DNA of 64,000 nucleotides from Basidiobolus meristosporus CBS 931.73 (GCA_002104905.1 MCFE01000120.1:97999-161998); one strand, 5' to 3'. Counted from the first letter of the stretch, positions 25,544-39,505 are shown. The notes: generated by a model from the letters alone, not told the origin. Translations and numbers: made by a program.

Positions 25544-25893
25544 TGTTGTAAAAAATTTGTAATTCCACCTAAATATTCACCTAACTTAGTCACTTAGATC
25601 ATTACCTTCAAATCCTAGAGAATACTGACCAGATTCCTTGTCGGGATTTACTTAGAATATTTTCACCAAAATACCAGGTACCCAGAACATGAAAATTCTC
25701 AAAGTTGTCCAAACAGCCCCAAACTTTGCACACATGTTCTTGGGACCTTCCTTAACCTATTCTATGTGTTTGTTATGCCATGACTTGGTAAAAGTATAAA
25801 TACTACTTTTACAATCAATAAATCATTAAGTGAAAACCACATAATCTACTTGTTCTCCCAATCACTTCCAATATCTCCAAGACTCTTACAACA
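25544..25893 (+). mobile_element. Inverted solo LTR A
   Basis: Perfect TSD ATTAC (25539-43, 25894-98). Confidence 0.93.
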
Positions 25894-26454
25894 ATTACAT
25901 CTTCAACTAATCTGCCAAGTCTTTCCAAGTAATAGATCTATCCAACCATTAAGCAGTTGCCAAGACTGATCCAGTCTCTTAGTGCTTACTAATTCAACTT
26001 GATCAGAAAAGTACAAACAAAGCTTGCTGAGCATTTTGGTTTAGTGTGTGTCTTAACAAAATTAAGTTTGTGTCTCAGCAAAAATAAGAACTCAACAATT
26101 CTGCTCTAGTTTCTGCCTAAGCCTAGCATATCTAGCACTCTCAAAAACACCAAGCCTAGCCTATGTAGCAAGCCAACTCTGTTATCTATATAGCCAAGAC
26201 TAGCTATGTCTAAGACCAATATCAGACCAGAATCTCTCCGCTAGTATCTTCACCACTCTCTGACAATTCAAAGTTTCTGTACTTAACTGTCCCTTTGGTT
26301 CAGTTAAACTATTAATGAGTTCTATTGTGCTTTTCTCTTGGATACAACAGTCACTTTGATCATTGTCTACAGATTTTAGAGAATTCTGGCCAAATTCCTT
26401 CTTGACATTTATGTAGTAACTTCTCATGTTCTGGGCACCTAATGTTTTGGGTGA

Positions 26455-26890
26455 AAATATTCTATTTGTCCAAACAGCACCAAACTCTGTGCATATGTTC
26501 ATGGGATCTTCCTAAGCATATCCTACTTGTTTGTTTTGCCAAGATTATGTATATGCATAAGCACTACCTTTACATTCAATAAATCATTTAGTGAGAACCA
26601 CACAATCCACTTGTTCTCTCAATCACTGCCAATATCTCCAAAACTCTTACCAAATATTTGTCACCTCCTGGGAGCTATATTGGTGAAATACCATAAGTTG
26701 TCCAAAGAACCCCAACCTTTGCACCCACACTGTCAGGATTGTCCAAAATATCCTCTACAGGTTTGCTTAGCCAAGACCATGTAACAGTATAAATACTACT
26801 TTTACACTCAGTAAATCATCAAGTGAAAACTCTATAATCAACTTTTACTCCCAATCACTTAAAATATCCACAAAATTCCTGCAATAATTC
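26455..26890 (+). mobile_element. Two tandem, highly degenerate partial LTR A relics
   Basis: Patchy similarity to inverted LTR A (TTGTCCAAA..., CAATAAATCAT..AGTGA, CTCCCAATCACT). Confidence 0.55.
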
Positions 26891-27709
26891 CAAGCTTCAA
26901 CGTGACCCAATGGCGGAGGAACTAGTTAAGATCTCATGAAGTCAATGGAAGGGTTGGTTAGCAATGGGGAATGGTCAAGTTGAGTTGTCAATCTAAATGA
27001 TCTCAACATCATCAAGCTCCACTGAAGCCAGAGCACTGTATCCATCAGCAAAAAGCCGATCATAAGCAGCCATTATAAGCTTGTAACATTTTCCAATGCC
27101 CACATCATATTTCTACACTTTTCCGCAGTACTTGTGACATGCAACCTGCTTCTGGTATACACAAACAGTAGTTTCCAGCATCGTAAAGGCCAACGATGCA
27201 AGAATATAAGGCATCAACTCTCATCCAGACCAGATACCAGCATAGTAGGAAATGGTTGAGACTGCTACCAAAAACCATCAAGCCACCCGATCGGATCTGG
27301 TCCACGAACCCATCGGGCTATCAGCGAAACCTATGGGGCGCATGATTCATTGACCGCTACTGGCTTTCCCCGATGCAACGATTTCTTTAGGGAGGAATCT
27401 AATAGCCTGCATCTCATCCTTCAGCCCGGATGCACCACGCTTACAATCAATTGGAGGTGGTATCCAATGGGGGGGATCCAGTTGTAGAAATGGTTTATTA
27501 AATAATGTGCGATCCCTAGTTAGGGAGAAGTCAATATCAGATGGACATACGGTAATGAGTTGCATTATATAATTCCCGAGCGAGGGAGGACAAGATCCCT
27601 ACCGGATGGATAGAGTTCACATCTCAAACCACTCGGGAAGTCTAGTGGGACATGTTAGATATCCGCGATGACGTCGAGACATTGATTCGGGCCACAGCGA
27701 CCTGAAGAT

Positions 27710-30700
27710 CTATTTCTCTTTCAGTTCCGTGTCCAGAATCACCACTGGCTGCGGCTCTCCCTCGAACGAAAGAAGTGGCTTATCCATGTGGGAAGGTACG
27801 GCGTTAGTGTATTGGGGGGTGGTTGAAGTGGGCTTGACATCGACCAGCGGATGCCCGTTGCCTCCCTTGTTGAACGAGATTAATGGTTTGATTTTTTGCG
27901 AGCGCAGATTCTTCGACAGGGCCTCCTCGGGCTTTAGATCCAGTTGGAGTAGAGGCTGACCAGGATTGCGGCGGGAGACGGTGGTTCGAGAGCGTGACAA
28001 GCCAGTCCGGTGCTGCTTGGGTGTATCATCCAGCAACGGCTTGGCCGAGGAATTATGGGGGGCGTTGCGCGTGGGACTATGAGGCATTTCGTCCAGGAGG
28101 GATCCTGAGTTGTATCTGCGAATGTCGGCCTCGGTGGTGTGGTTGATTTTAAGGCTGCGCGATCTGCTCAGACCTGAGCCACTGCGATGTAGCTGGGCCC
28201 CGGCGTACGATTCGCCGGAGCTGGATTTGTTAAAGTCGCTGTGGAGCAGGCTTCCTTCTCTGAAGGAGCTCCCCAGGCTCTCCTCTCGCTCCATCCCAGT
28301 ATACTTGTTGGAGTTCTTCCTTGACAAGCGTGGTCTGGAGACCTCGTCCAGCAATGGGCCTGCCTGTCTACCAGAAGCTTTCTGGGGTGTGCGGGATCTC
28401 CCAGCATCCTCGTGGAGCAGGCTGCCGGATTTGTAAACCGCGGATCCCTCCGGGTCAAGGTCAAGCGTTTTGTTTGCTCGCGCCGAGCGTTTACCATCGG
28501 CATGCAACAGCGTGCCAGATCTGAAAAGTCGGCCGGTCTCCTCTCTCTCCTCCGGCACCCTTGATGGCTTGGTAGACTTCGATGTGCTGCGGTGAAGTAG
28601 CGTCCCGGATTTGAACTTGGGATTGTTGTCCGAATCGAAATCCAACGCTCTTCCTTGGGATTTACTGGATTTGCCATCACGGTGCAGCAAGGTTCCCTCC
28701 CGAAAGACCGGGTTGAATTTCTCAGCTATTTCCGGAGGCTTGAATTGCGGCTTGATGTCTAAGCTGAGGAGCGTTCCCTCCTTGAACTTCACAGGCTCCG
28801 GCTTCTTTTCCTCCTCCTCCTTCGTCTCCTCGGTGGGCTGCGGGTTGAAGAACAGGAGGGACCCCGGAGTGAATGTATTGTCGCAGGGATTCCCGTTGGC
28901 CGAGGATGTTTCGGAGTCGGAGTCATTGGACCGGCTCTTCGAGTCAGCACCCACATCTGGAGATTTGCGAATGGATTTATTTCTCCCCAGACCGCCCTGT
29001 TTAAAGGGAGAAAGAGCCTGTTAGAATCACTGGCTTAGCGTGTAAACGACCCAGGATGGCATACCTCCTTCACGCGCAAGGATTTGGATCTTCCGAGGCT
29101 CCTATCATCTTCTTCGTCGTCTCTGGCAAAGAGCTCTGGGTTGGTCTCATAGATGTGGCGATTCTATCCCGAGTCAGCATTAGCCTCCATCCTCCAACCT
29201 TGGGAAGAGCTGGAACTTACCTTGGCTTGGCGAAGCCCCAGGACCCACTCCTTCAGAGCATCCCCGCTTTCCACGCAAATGAAGTGCACGAAATCCTCGG
29301 CATTCTCGAACAGGTGGACAGAGTCGGACGATTTGAGGGAAAAAATGAATTCGGTGGGGGCTTTCTTCCGGCTTTTGGTCAGGGTGTAGATATCGAAGTT
29401 GCTGAGCGCGCAGAGAAATTGCTCGTTGGTGCCCTACGATTCTGATTGTTAGTCCACGCACAACCCGGAGCTCGGAGACCACGTGCTCACCTTGATGTCC
29501 TTCGAGAAATAGATTGCCCCTTCTTTGAGCACAAAGTGCTTCTTTTGCCACTTGTGCTTCTTCATCTCCAGATACATCCAGCCAGAAAGGGTGGGATAGT
29601 GTTCGACCAGGCCCTAGAGAGAGAAATTAACCACCCGTGCTGCATGCGTGGCTTGCAAAGGAATCTTACATCCACCGTCAACGTTGATCGGAGCGTGTAT
29701 CGCCGCAGCACCAATGCGTTGCTGCTGTTGGCTTCCCATGATTCTATCGTATCAGAGATAACATCCCAATCCCTGAGGGGTCGCTCTATAGAAATGGTCA
29801 ATAAACCTTGGCTGAGAGGAGATGCCGCAAGCGGATGTTACCGATGCCGTAGTCGTTCGCCAGCTCAAACAGCGTCCACTGATCACTGCCATCAATATGG
29901 CTTTTCTCCTGCATGTCGGCGATTAAGGTTTCGGCGGTAGTCAAGGAGGTCATATGGACTATCTCGAAATGGTCGGCATCGTCGATGTAAATCCTAACAG
30001 CAAACTGGAACACAAAGCATTACTACAGGCGAGCACCATCCCAACCCAGGAGTTTGGCTCACCTTCTTGATATTCATTTCTTGGAGCTTTTGGGACGCGA
30101 TCTTGGCCTTCTCCTCATTCTGCTCTTGGCTGTCGCTTTGCGTGTCGGTCTCGTGTGGGCCCTCGGCCTTACCTGAGGAGGATTTGTGGGAGCGCTCCCC
30201 ATCCTGTTTTGCCGATTGGGAGCTGGAGGCGGGAGGATTGATGACTGAAAGTCTGGAACGGGCTCGTTTTGTGTTTCCGTGGAGGAAACGGTCCAGGTTT
30301 CGAATCAGGTCGTCAAGGTCCCCGTAATCGTCCACAGTGACATTCTCGATCTTCACTGAGGATTTGTTTTTGGTGAATCTGCTGTGCTGTGTGTTGACCT
30401 CTTCTTCATCCGAAGAAGGCTCGTGGATGGTCTCCTGGTCGTCATCGAGTTTAGCTTAGATAAGATTCGGGTTACTATTTGCTCCACGGTGAAGAGATAG
30501 CACAAAGGCAACTAACCCATTGACCTCTTGAAAACCATTTGCTGTGATTTGGCTGGTAATTGCCGGCTGTGAGGGTGGCCAGTCCCATTCACCCTTCCTC
30601 TGGAAGGGGAGTATTTCCCCTCGCGATCTGAGGGCTGTCGGCGGGAATTTGAGCGAGAAACCCCATTAGAAGTGTGGGATCGGTGAGGCTTCCTCGACGG

Positions 30701-31029
30701 GCTATCTAGTTCATTCAAGGGTTTTCCATCGGTGGAGATACTGTGGTCGACATAGATCTTGTCAAACTCCTTCTCCATTTCAGAAAGAAACGAGCCAGCC
30801 ACATTGTGTTTGGCTGGATTGTCTAAATGTCGGGAGGGTTTGTCCTATGTCCAAGAACGAGTCAGATATCCACCAAAGAGACGGAGAGACAAAACGATGA
30901 GTATCCTGGCTGGTGCGAGAGCGAGTGGACAGCACGAACACCGAGAAAAGGAAAATCACCTACCGAATAGCTGTTGACAGTTAACTGTAACTCGTCGAGA
31001 ATCTTGTCCAATTCTTTCGAGTTATTCAT
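27710..31029 (-). CDS. Ras-association plus PH domain protein (Grb7/MRL-like adaptor); ~9 exons: 31029-30964, 30844-30517, 30454-30063, 30004-29842, 29785-29670, 29613-29491, 29433-29221, 29163-29065, 29017-27710
   Basis: GT-AG introns join into one frame; RA-like FAVRIYID..WTLFE..ERPLRDWD; PH-like GWMYLEMKKHKWQKKHFVL..EWVLGLR; long disordered tail. Confidence 0.85.
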
Positions 31030-32602
31030 CGCTGGTGTGCAAGTACTCTCACTGAATAGTAGAAGCAACTATGGTGAAAGGCTTGGTATTATATCACTAG
31101 GGGCCCTCTTTTCAGGGATTTTTGATTCTTATGTAGGATACAAAGGAGGCAAATAGAGGGAATCCAAACGGGCCATAACTCAGCAACCAATCGCAATCCC
31201 AAAGTAATATTTGTTAATCATGCGTGGAGATTATTTGAAATCGATTTGAAATGGATCATTAAGTGAACAATGGAATTCTGTGGCACGACCATTGGCCGAT
31301 TCACGAATGGGACGCGCTTGCAAATAATGGCTTGTTCAGGGAAAATGTCTGAGCAGACACCCACCGAAGGAACGACAGGGATGAGCTGCATAAGATAAGT
31401 AGTCCAATCCATGGATCGAACGAAGTACGGTGGGCGTGGAACCGTCGAATATCGCAAATGGAGAATTTCCTGGCGTTGGCCCTGCACTCTACGGTCCCTG
31501 GGCGACGCAGAACCGTTTCCCGAAGGAATGCGTCAGAGCTGAGGAGATGTTCCCTAGAAGTGGTCAATGGTGCCACCGACGTCACGGCATCTGTAGTGTT
31601 GTCATTTAATTATCTTGGTGGCAATCAAGATGAATAATAGAGTTTGTACCACAGTGTGGAAATGAAAGGAATTTCTGCACATTCCCTACGCATTCTTCCC
31701 TCACTGCAGGTCCGACAGACATAATCTAGCAATGAACCCTTTTTGGGGTTCATTGGCATGCCGACACAATATTCCTTTCTACAACTGCGAAACAGGATTG
31801 CTCCTAGCATCACAAGGTTGACCTACTGTGGTACAACAAGAATGTCAAGTGGATTAGTGTGTCTGATGACTTGGATTTTCATGGCTACACATCAGCTGCC
31901 TGCTAAACAGGCTGATTCTCCTCGCCCAACCATCCTCCAATGCCATTACGGGATACTGTAAATAGGAATGCAATGCTCGGTTGGTGGCAAATGTGGCATA
32001 GAACTACCATATTCGTCACTATCGCCCTCGCCCAAATCCGCCAACTTCGTCAATTGGGTTGGAAGATTAATCACCGGAGTTGTTAGCCACGCTAGTTGCA
32101 GGAATAGTTGTTCAGTAATGGTTGGTCAAAATTTGCTCCACCCTGGGGATTGATTGGTGTACAAGTAGTTTGCAGATATGCATGGGTTAACCGCCTCAGA
32201 TTATCCTTACCATAGCCGCCTCCATCTTCATCAGCCCTGTCCTCCTCATTACTGCCTTCTTCGAGCTCCCCTAACCCTGGGACAAGAGGCAGACGAAGTT
32301 ACTAATCCGTACGAATGATCATCACGATTTCATCTAGTCCTTATTTGTCCCTTTCCTGTGCCACTGGTTCGAGCTGAGGCTCACATGCTCGAAATTCCTC
32401 AAGATTTGATAGATATTGATCAGGTTTATTTGGTGCTGATGGAGTGGGGTATAGCATGGAAGCATGTGTATTCATGTCATTAGGAGCGAATTTTCTGAGT
32501 TAACACCAGCGGGTTGGTATTTCCCATGAGAGGATGTACATTGGAGGTGATGCTGGTTAACATTGGGCAACAGCACTACGTCTGCTCAGCGATGATCTAT
32601 AT

Positions 32603-33487
32603 TTATAACTTGGCACGAATAAGCCCAGTGGGGGCGGTTTCAACCTTAACTGGATTAGATATGCGGCCAATCTTTTCAACCTCCACCTCACAGACATCTC
32701 CCTCCTTCAACCACACGGCGGGCTTGCGGGTGCCGCCGACGCCTTGTGGTGTACCGGTAAGGATCACATCTCCGGGCTGAAGGGTGGTGCCCTGCGATAA
32801 GAAGCTAACCAGCTGGGCGACAGGGAATATCATGTCCGAGGTTGAGCTGTCTTGCATGACCTCGCCATTCAAGCGGGTGGTGAGTCTCAAGGCCTGGGGA
32901 TTGGGAATCAAGGATTTGTTGACAATGCAGGGACCCAGAGGGGAGTATGTATCGAATCCCTTGGAGAAGCACCATTGTCCAGAACCAAAGGCCGGGCTTT
33001 GCCACTTGCGGGAGCTAACGTCATTGCAAACAGTGTATCCAAGGACGTAGTCCAAGGCATTTTGAGGCGACACATCGCGGCATGCCTTGCCAATGACGAC
33101 GGCAAGCTCAACCTCATAATCGGCTTCCTCGTTACTAGCTATATGAGGGACAACAATGGGCTCGCCTGGATGTTGGAGAGTGCTGGAGGGTTTGAGGAAA
33201 ACGATGGGATGTTTGGGGATAGGGCTGTTGAATTCTTTGGCATGGGCCTTATAGTTAAGACCAATTCCACGGAAAACTGGGACCTCCTCCAAAGGAGCCA
33301 GCAACTTCTTAACAGTGAGCTCACGGTCAGTCACTCGAGCTGTTCCGTCGAATAGGTTGCCGTTGATCACCTTGGCTTTCAAGTTCTCTACAGTTTTTGG
33401 CCATTGCTCGCTAGCAAGGATTGGCTCTCCGTTGTAAATTTTACCGTCCTCACGAGCGACAAAACGAATAACACGATTCCAAGACAT
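32603..33487 (-). CDS. Fumarylacetoacetate hydrolase family protein (FAHD-like), single exon, 294 aa
   Basis: IGLNY, DYEVELAVVIG, CNDVSSR, KGFDTYSPLGP, GDVILTGTPQGVG motifs. Confidence 0.95.
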   Translation of the reverse strand: MSWNRVIRFVAREDGKIYNGEPILASEQWPKTVENLKAKVINGNLFDGTARVTDRELTVKKLLAPLEEVPVFRGIGLNYKAHAKEFNSPIPKHPIVFLKPSSTLQHPGEPIVVPHIASNEEADYEVELAVVIGKACRDVSPQNALDYVLGYTVCNDVSSRKWQSPAFGSGQWCFSKGFDTYSPLGPCIVNKSLIPNPQALRLTTRLNGEVMQDSSTSDMIFPVAQLVSFLSQGTTLQPGDVILTGTPQGVGGTRKPAVWLKEGDVCEVEVEKIGRISNPVKVETAPTGLIRAKL

Positions 33488-36400
33488 GTAAGTGGTTGAG
33501 TGAAAGGATTGTCTACTGTTTTCAAGCGCTGTATCTCTACACCTGGCTAGTGGTTGGTAACAAACAATGCTGAGGCGCTAGCGAATTTATATTTGAAAAT
33601 TTGCTCCTAAAACTGTTAATCAGTGCTGTAGGTGTCATCCTATCACCACTAATACTGAGCCATAGCTGGTGATTGGAAAATCCTCGAGGATTACTCCTGA
33701 GGATTCCGATTATTTCCTCGAATCTCTGCTTATTTGACTCATCTTGACCATCTTGGGAATTGTTGGTTGAAATTCCAGCAATATGGGAAAGTCTGATTAG
33801 ATTGGATGAAGAGTGAGCGCTCAGCTAACTACTGGATGTATTACGAAATGGGCTTCTGATAAGCCACGAGAGAATCCTCAAAACTTGTTCACACTGTGGC
33901 AGCAACCAGGGATCGGGGGAATTCGGATGGCTTGGATGTGGGTAACAAGATGAGAATAGGAATCGGGACTCGTTTGCACATACCGCATGCTGGCCTGATA
34001 ATTGCGAGATGTTATGTTGATAGCACTGGATAAATGTGCGCGCATCTGTGTACAAATGCCCTCCAAAAAGATCGTGTCTAGGGCCTGAGATCCTATCCAC
34101 GATGCGCTAACTTGGCGCTTGGATGCTGCCATCTATCATCTACTGCATCTCTATCTTTGATTAAAATCTAGCAAAAGAATTGGTGCTGTTACTTGGGACA
34201 TCGTGATCTTTTCATCAGCCCCCAACCATCTTGCGAAGGTGGCACCACCATTTTCACCCGACGGAGAGGGTAGGAGGCCCGCTACCGGTAAGTGGCACGG
34301 TATCTTGATCCAGGTGGGTATCTCCCCCGATCCTCGATCTGGATGCCGTGCGGTTGACCAAGCCTCAGTGAGCATCCAAATTTGGTGATCCCCTTTATAG
34401 CCAGTCTAAGAATAATATACAAGCCAAGGGGAGTCGGATAAGACTCATCCCTTGGGAGGGAAATTTGTCCCAGGGGATATACACATTGGTTTCTGATTTC
34501 CATACCGGAATATATATCCTGCTGCTCCAAACCAGCTTTGTGAATCCATTATTGGTCTCGGAGTCCCCATGCCCAGGTCAGATGGTTGCTCTTTCCAAAC
34601 GAACCACACATGCTACGGGCAAGGCTGGATTTTGCTTGTGGTTGTAGGGCCGTGGCGAGTCCACAGTCTAATTAGGCTTACGCCGTCGGGGGTGTTTCGA
34701 TCTTCAGGATTTGTTCAATGGTTGCTCGCAACTGGTTTACACGATCTGCCTAGCTTCTACCACCCGGCCAGTTCATGGAGCGATGTAGAAGGGCCTGCCG
34801 AGGTATTGCATATTGGTACTTTGTACCTGCCAGTGTTCTCGTATCAAGCGGACTATCGAGCTGCGGCTTGAGGCGGTATGGGGATGCGTAGTGAAGCACA
34901 TGCCCAGCAGGAATTATGACCATAAATAGCTAATTTGCATTGTCATACTGGTGCTTGATTTTACTGAAGGTGCCAGCCATGGAATAAGCAACCATGACCA
35001 CTAAGATTCCCCAAAGTCCTGTGTCAAGTTAATCATTCTTCAACTGTACAGCCTGGCCCCTATGATCAACTGGGTGTCATCGGCATCCGCTGCGGCACGC
35101 AGAGCTTGAGCTCATTTGCACATTGATAGCAGTCTATTGGCATGCATCCTGTACCAAGGATAAATTATAGGCTGATGTGGAAAAGTTGCTTAAGTTCTGC
35201 ATAACATGGCTAGTCTCTGTGGCATAAATGGGCTCGAGGAAAGATCCGCCTAAATTCGAGAGATCGGACTAATACAGGCTATATCTAGCGATTGCAGGCA
35301 TGCTCGTGCGAAATTCTCCAAACAAGATATGTGCATGACAGGATTCAACTGACGAGGTGGACTGCTATATCCAATTCCCTTGGTACGAATATGCAACAGT
35401 GCTGCACAAGCGTATCTTAATTATGATCAATCTCCCAAGGGAATGTAATCAAGCATATAATTGGAAGGATTGTCTTACACAAGTCGCGAGAATGGTGGCG
35501 GGATATCAACTGTCACAGATGGTGAGTGAAGACTACCAATAAAGGCCCACTGGAGGTCGCCCAGACCAACCCACAGATAAGCATACTTGCTGATTGAGTT
35601 GGCAGTGATGCTCGCATGTCTTGCCGTATGTAAGGCATCGACCATGGATTATCTCCAGGTTCGGCGATTTATGTGGCATAGGATCGCCTGATAAGAGTCA
35701 ATATTCCAGCCAGCTTAGACCTCAGGGCCTTAGCTGCCAGGGTAGAACATGACCAATGTTGCCTTGGGATTCATCAGGATTGACCGCGACTTCAAGTTTG
35801 AAATGTAGCTTGAAACGCACATATGAAAGTGTGATTCCAGCGATGTTTAGCACGAATAAACCTCACAGCAATCGTACTAGCTTCTGAAACTACTAGCTAA
35901 TATACTGCATCCTTGCATTGTGATCTGGTGCAATTCTGCCTGTAAACGTCATTGAGCCACTATTGTGTCAACAACTGATACAATAAGGCCGATGCAACCA
36001 CATAGCCATTGCTATCGTTATGCTACAATGTCGAAAGAATCCCTTACCCAACCGTTTTTATTAGGCGATTTTTCCTTTGGGCTTCTCATCCCAGTATAAG
36101 CCCTTATTCATTAAAATATATGAAGATTCAGTCGTGAATATATGCTCTGTATATGACTAAATCTTTAATTTTCTATCCCGTCTAACATAACGTGAAACAA
36201 ATCATAGGCAACTCTGTCTTCCGATCCTTTTCAATATTTGCTCCAGATATATGTAATTACTTTCTTCAGCTGGAATTCCTCATTTATTCTTCGTAACCCT
36301 CCTTAACTCTGTTTCGATATCGTTCCCACATTGAGCCAACGGGGCCGCTGTCTCTCCTTTTCTTTTCGACCAACACAAGTAGCATTTCACTCCAATAAGC

Positions 36401-36616
36401 TTACTCATATAGCTCTGAAGTGTTACTACCTACAGAGTACCTTTCCTTGCCTAGCCTCCCCATCAAGTCGCTCTACATTGTCTGGCTAGCAAACTTGAGC
36501 TATTTGTCGGCCTTCTGCCACTCCTTTTGCTTTCAAGTTGAAGCATTGGCTTGTACAACGCTTCCCCATATCCCTGGTTTTTGTTTCGAGCACATTTCTC
36601 AGTGAGTTTTGCTGGC

Positions 36617-39505
36617 ATGAGATCAGATAGTTCTTCCAAGATATCTTTGAAGAGCAGAGCTAATCAACTGGATGACTCTAACGAAAGCTGTTTATATATC
36701 TCCTCGAAATCCTCAATATATTCTAACGCCTCAGATTCGGATGCAATGAATACCACTGAGGTGGAGAAGCTATTTCTCGATTTGTTTCAAAGTGAATTGT
36801 CACTATTCACAGACAACAGCGAGCTCCAATTCGGCCAGTTACTTCACAACACACCGGGCCAAATAGATTATTTCGACTCGGATATTCTCACTCGAAGTAA
36901 CGAAATACAGGAAACAGCTGCCGAGAATCACGAAACGAGGAGTAAATCTAGCTTCAATTCCAGATATTCGTTAAAGGGTCTCCAGCTCTTCAAAACAATA
37001 AAGAAGGTTGCTCCCTCTTTACCGCGTTCTGATTCGAATAATCCCAAAAGAAGCGATTGTGAATCCAGAGATGACACATTGGAGTATCAACAAAACGCTG
37101 GTGACGATTTTGTTGATGAGACCCGGGAAACTTCTGACAAAAAGATGGATCCAGATTTAATACATGATTATGGTGAGATTTTTGCACATTGAATTGAAGT
37201 CCCTCCACTTCATTATTAACAGTCCTGATTTTTATTAATCCAAGACGAGAGCAGCAATGCTGACTATACTGGGATATATTCAGATATAGCTAACTCAACA
37301 TCTGGTGAACCAATTACTCGCCCACTAAGATATTCATTACGAAATGAACTTACCTCAATCTCGCCACATCAACAATATGACAATCCAAGTCAAGAGCCCT
37401 CTTCTAAAAGCAGAAGGTCTTTTACAAGCATTCTTTCATCTCCTAAACTAGCAAGTGATGAGAATCTCTCTCGCAATCCATCACAGAGAAGCGACTTCTC
37501 TAATACTTCAGCAAGCTCTTGGTCCACTTACACCGACAATGACGACAACCAGGGCCTGGAGTGTTCTCAAAGCAAAATATTTGTCCCTCTGGATATTCCA
37601 AACAATCTTGGGGATTTTTCCGCTACTTCTATATTAAACGAGCTGGGCATCGTGGATGAAAAAGAAGTTAAACGTTCACAGAGTTTGAATACGCCATCGA
37701 AAACCCCTGAAGCGCACTTTCTGCGAAAGAACTCGTCTTCAGTGGATCTTCCTTTACTTAATAGTTGGAGCCAGGTAGATGTTTCTCACATGTTGGCCAT
37801 CAGAACAGTACACCCTGAATGCGCCTCACATGCACATTATTATCATGGGCTTATGCTAATCTGCCGTCTATATTCAAATAGCAAAAAGAATGCATAACCT
37901 CTAGGCAGCTGGTAAGTGCACTCCACACATAATATCCGGAGGTCAGTAGGTTAACCATATCGTGCAGAACCAAGCGTTCCGACCTGGTTGCAATGAGGCG
38001 CGATACTACGTTGCTGAGGAGATCTTCACTACTGAAATCAGCTACCTGGAGAATCTTGAAATTATTCTCAATGTAATTTCCAGAAGTAGCATAGACGCCA
38101 ACCATAGCCATACTAACTTCATTATTTGATCTTCCGTTTCCATGTAGACCTTTATGATTCCAATTCAAAATATGGCCAAGACGCCCGATCCTATCATCGG
38201 GCCTCATGATACTAAGATCATCTTCCAGGGCATTGAATCGCTGCATCAACTCAGTCAAGAGTTATGCTATGAACTAAAAACCGAGATTGAGAATTGGAAC
38301 CAACACTCACTCATTGGAGGCTTATTCTTGAAGCGACAGAGGTCTTGGGACATTTATCCCAGGTTTGTAGACAACTACTCCTTTGCGCGTGAAGCCATTC
38401 AGAGGGCTGAGGGAACCGCATCATACAATACTTTCATGAAGGTTTTCTGAGTTTCCTTACGTCGTAATTTCAGCTGTTCAATTTACTCATTATGCCTGGA
38501 TAGAGTGTGAAAAAGGACACCAAGCGCCAAACTCTCAAGGATTTTCTTATCATTCCGATTCAGCGTGTAACAAGATATACTTTGCTTCTGAAGGGTACTC
38601 CAACTGTCAGCTGTGTTAAGCTGAATTTGCACTAATCATTTCATTTCTTTAGATCTTCAGAAGCAAACCCCGGAGGATCACCCTGACTTTGGCGAGGTTA
38701 CAGAGGCTCTGACGTTCATGAAAGAACTCGCAGTAAGAGTTAATGAGGTGAAGCAAATGGAAGAGGAGCGAACCCAACTGTTTACCATCTTTAATAGCAT
38801 TCGAAACTGCCCGGTAAGTTTGTTAGGAATTTTTCGTTACCACATCTCAGTGATTGACATCTCTATAGCCTACAGTGATCAACTCAAAGCGCAGGTTTGC
38901 ATTGGAGACGGATCTTGTAGAAACCCGGACAAATCGGAAACTCCATATTGTGCTGTTTTCGGACTATCTAATGCTGGCCACCCCGAACAAAGGCAGACAG
39001 GTGAAAACAGGGGAGAAGTGGGCTTTTCTTCGGTTAATTGATCTGAGGCATATTATTCTATTTAATGTACCGGACACCAAAGGTATGTTTTCGCACAATC
39101 ACTTATCTGATGAATTGCCCATTGACTTAACGCAAAAAACCTGCCCTAGATGCTGCCAATCTTACCGTAATTTTTGTATCCAACCCGATCCCTAGTACTG
39201 ATGCAGAGGGCGCCGAACAGTCGGGGCAAAGCCTTCCAGTCAACATGACGGAGAGCCAGCAGACCTCACCACCACCTTCTCCGAAAAGTGCCACCCGCAC
39301 CAATTTCCCGGAGCCAAGAAAGCGGGCCAGCTCCAAGAAATCCATGCCGCCAAATCAATACGTCTTTCAGCACTACGATCGAAAATCCAAGGTGGAGTTT
39401 TTGATTGCCCTTGAAAATGAACTGTCCAACATTCGGAAGAAACTGGGTGGGAAGCCGCGTAATTTTATTCAAACATTCAATCACCTTCATTCCAACACTT
39501 TTTGA
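36617..39505 (+). CDS. DH-PH Rho guanine nucleotide exchange factor, multi-exon, long Ser-rich N-terminus
   Basis: Spliced exons give EEIFTTEISYLENL, LKDFLIIPIQRVTRYTLLLK, TPEDHPD and a PH-like LFSDYLML; some internal splice sites are tentative. Confidence 0.88.

Noticed and set aside
26900-27350. Possible decayed coding sequence at the TE/gene boundary
   Set aside because: Stops in all frames and no motif I can identify
32269-32278. CCCTAACCCT, resembling a telomerase RNA template
   Set aside because: A single 10-mer is plausible by chance in 64 kb, and no other telomerase RNA features were recognised
32852-33355. 167-aa plus-strand ORF, and similar ORFs opposite the RA-PH, TBC, kinase, 589-aa and LINE ORF genes
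   Set aside because: Antisense shadows of real coding sequence with no independent motifs
33500-36600. Short ORFs in the 3-kb divergent intergenic region
   Set aside because: No domain motifs or convincing spliced model found
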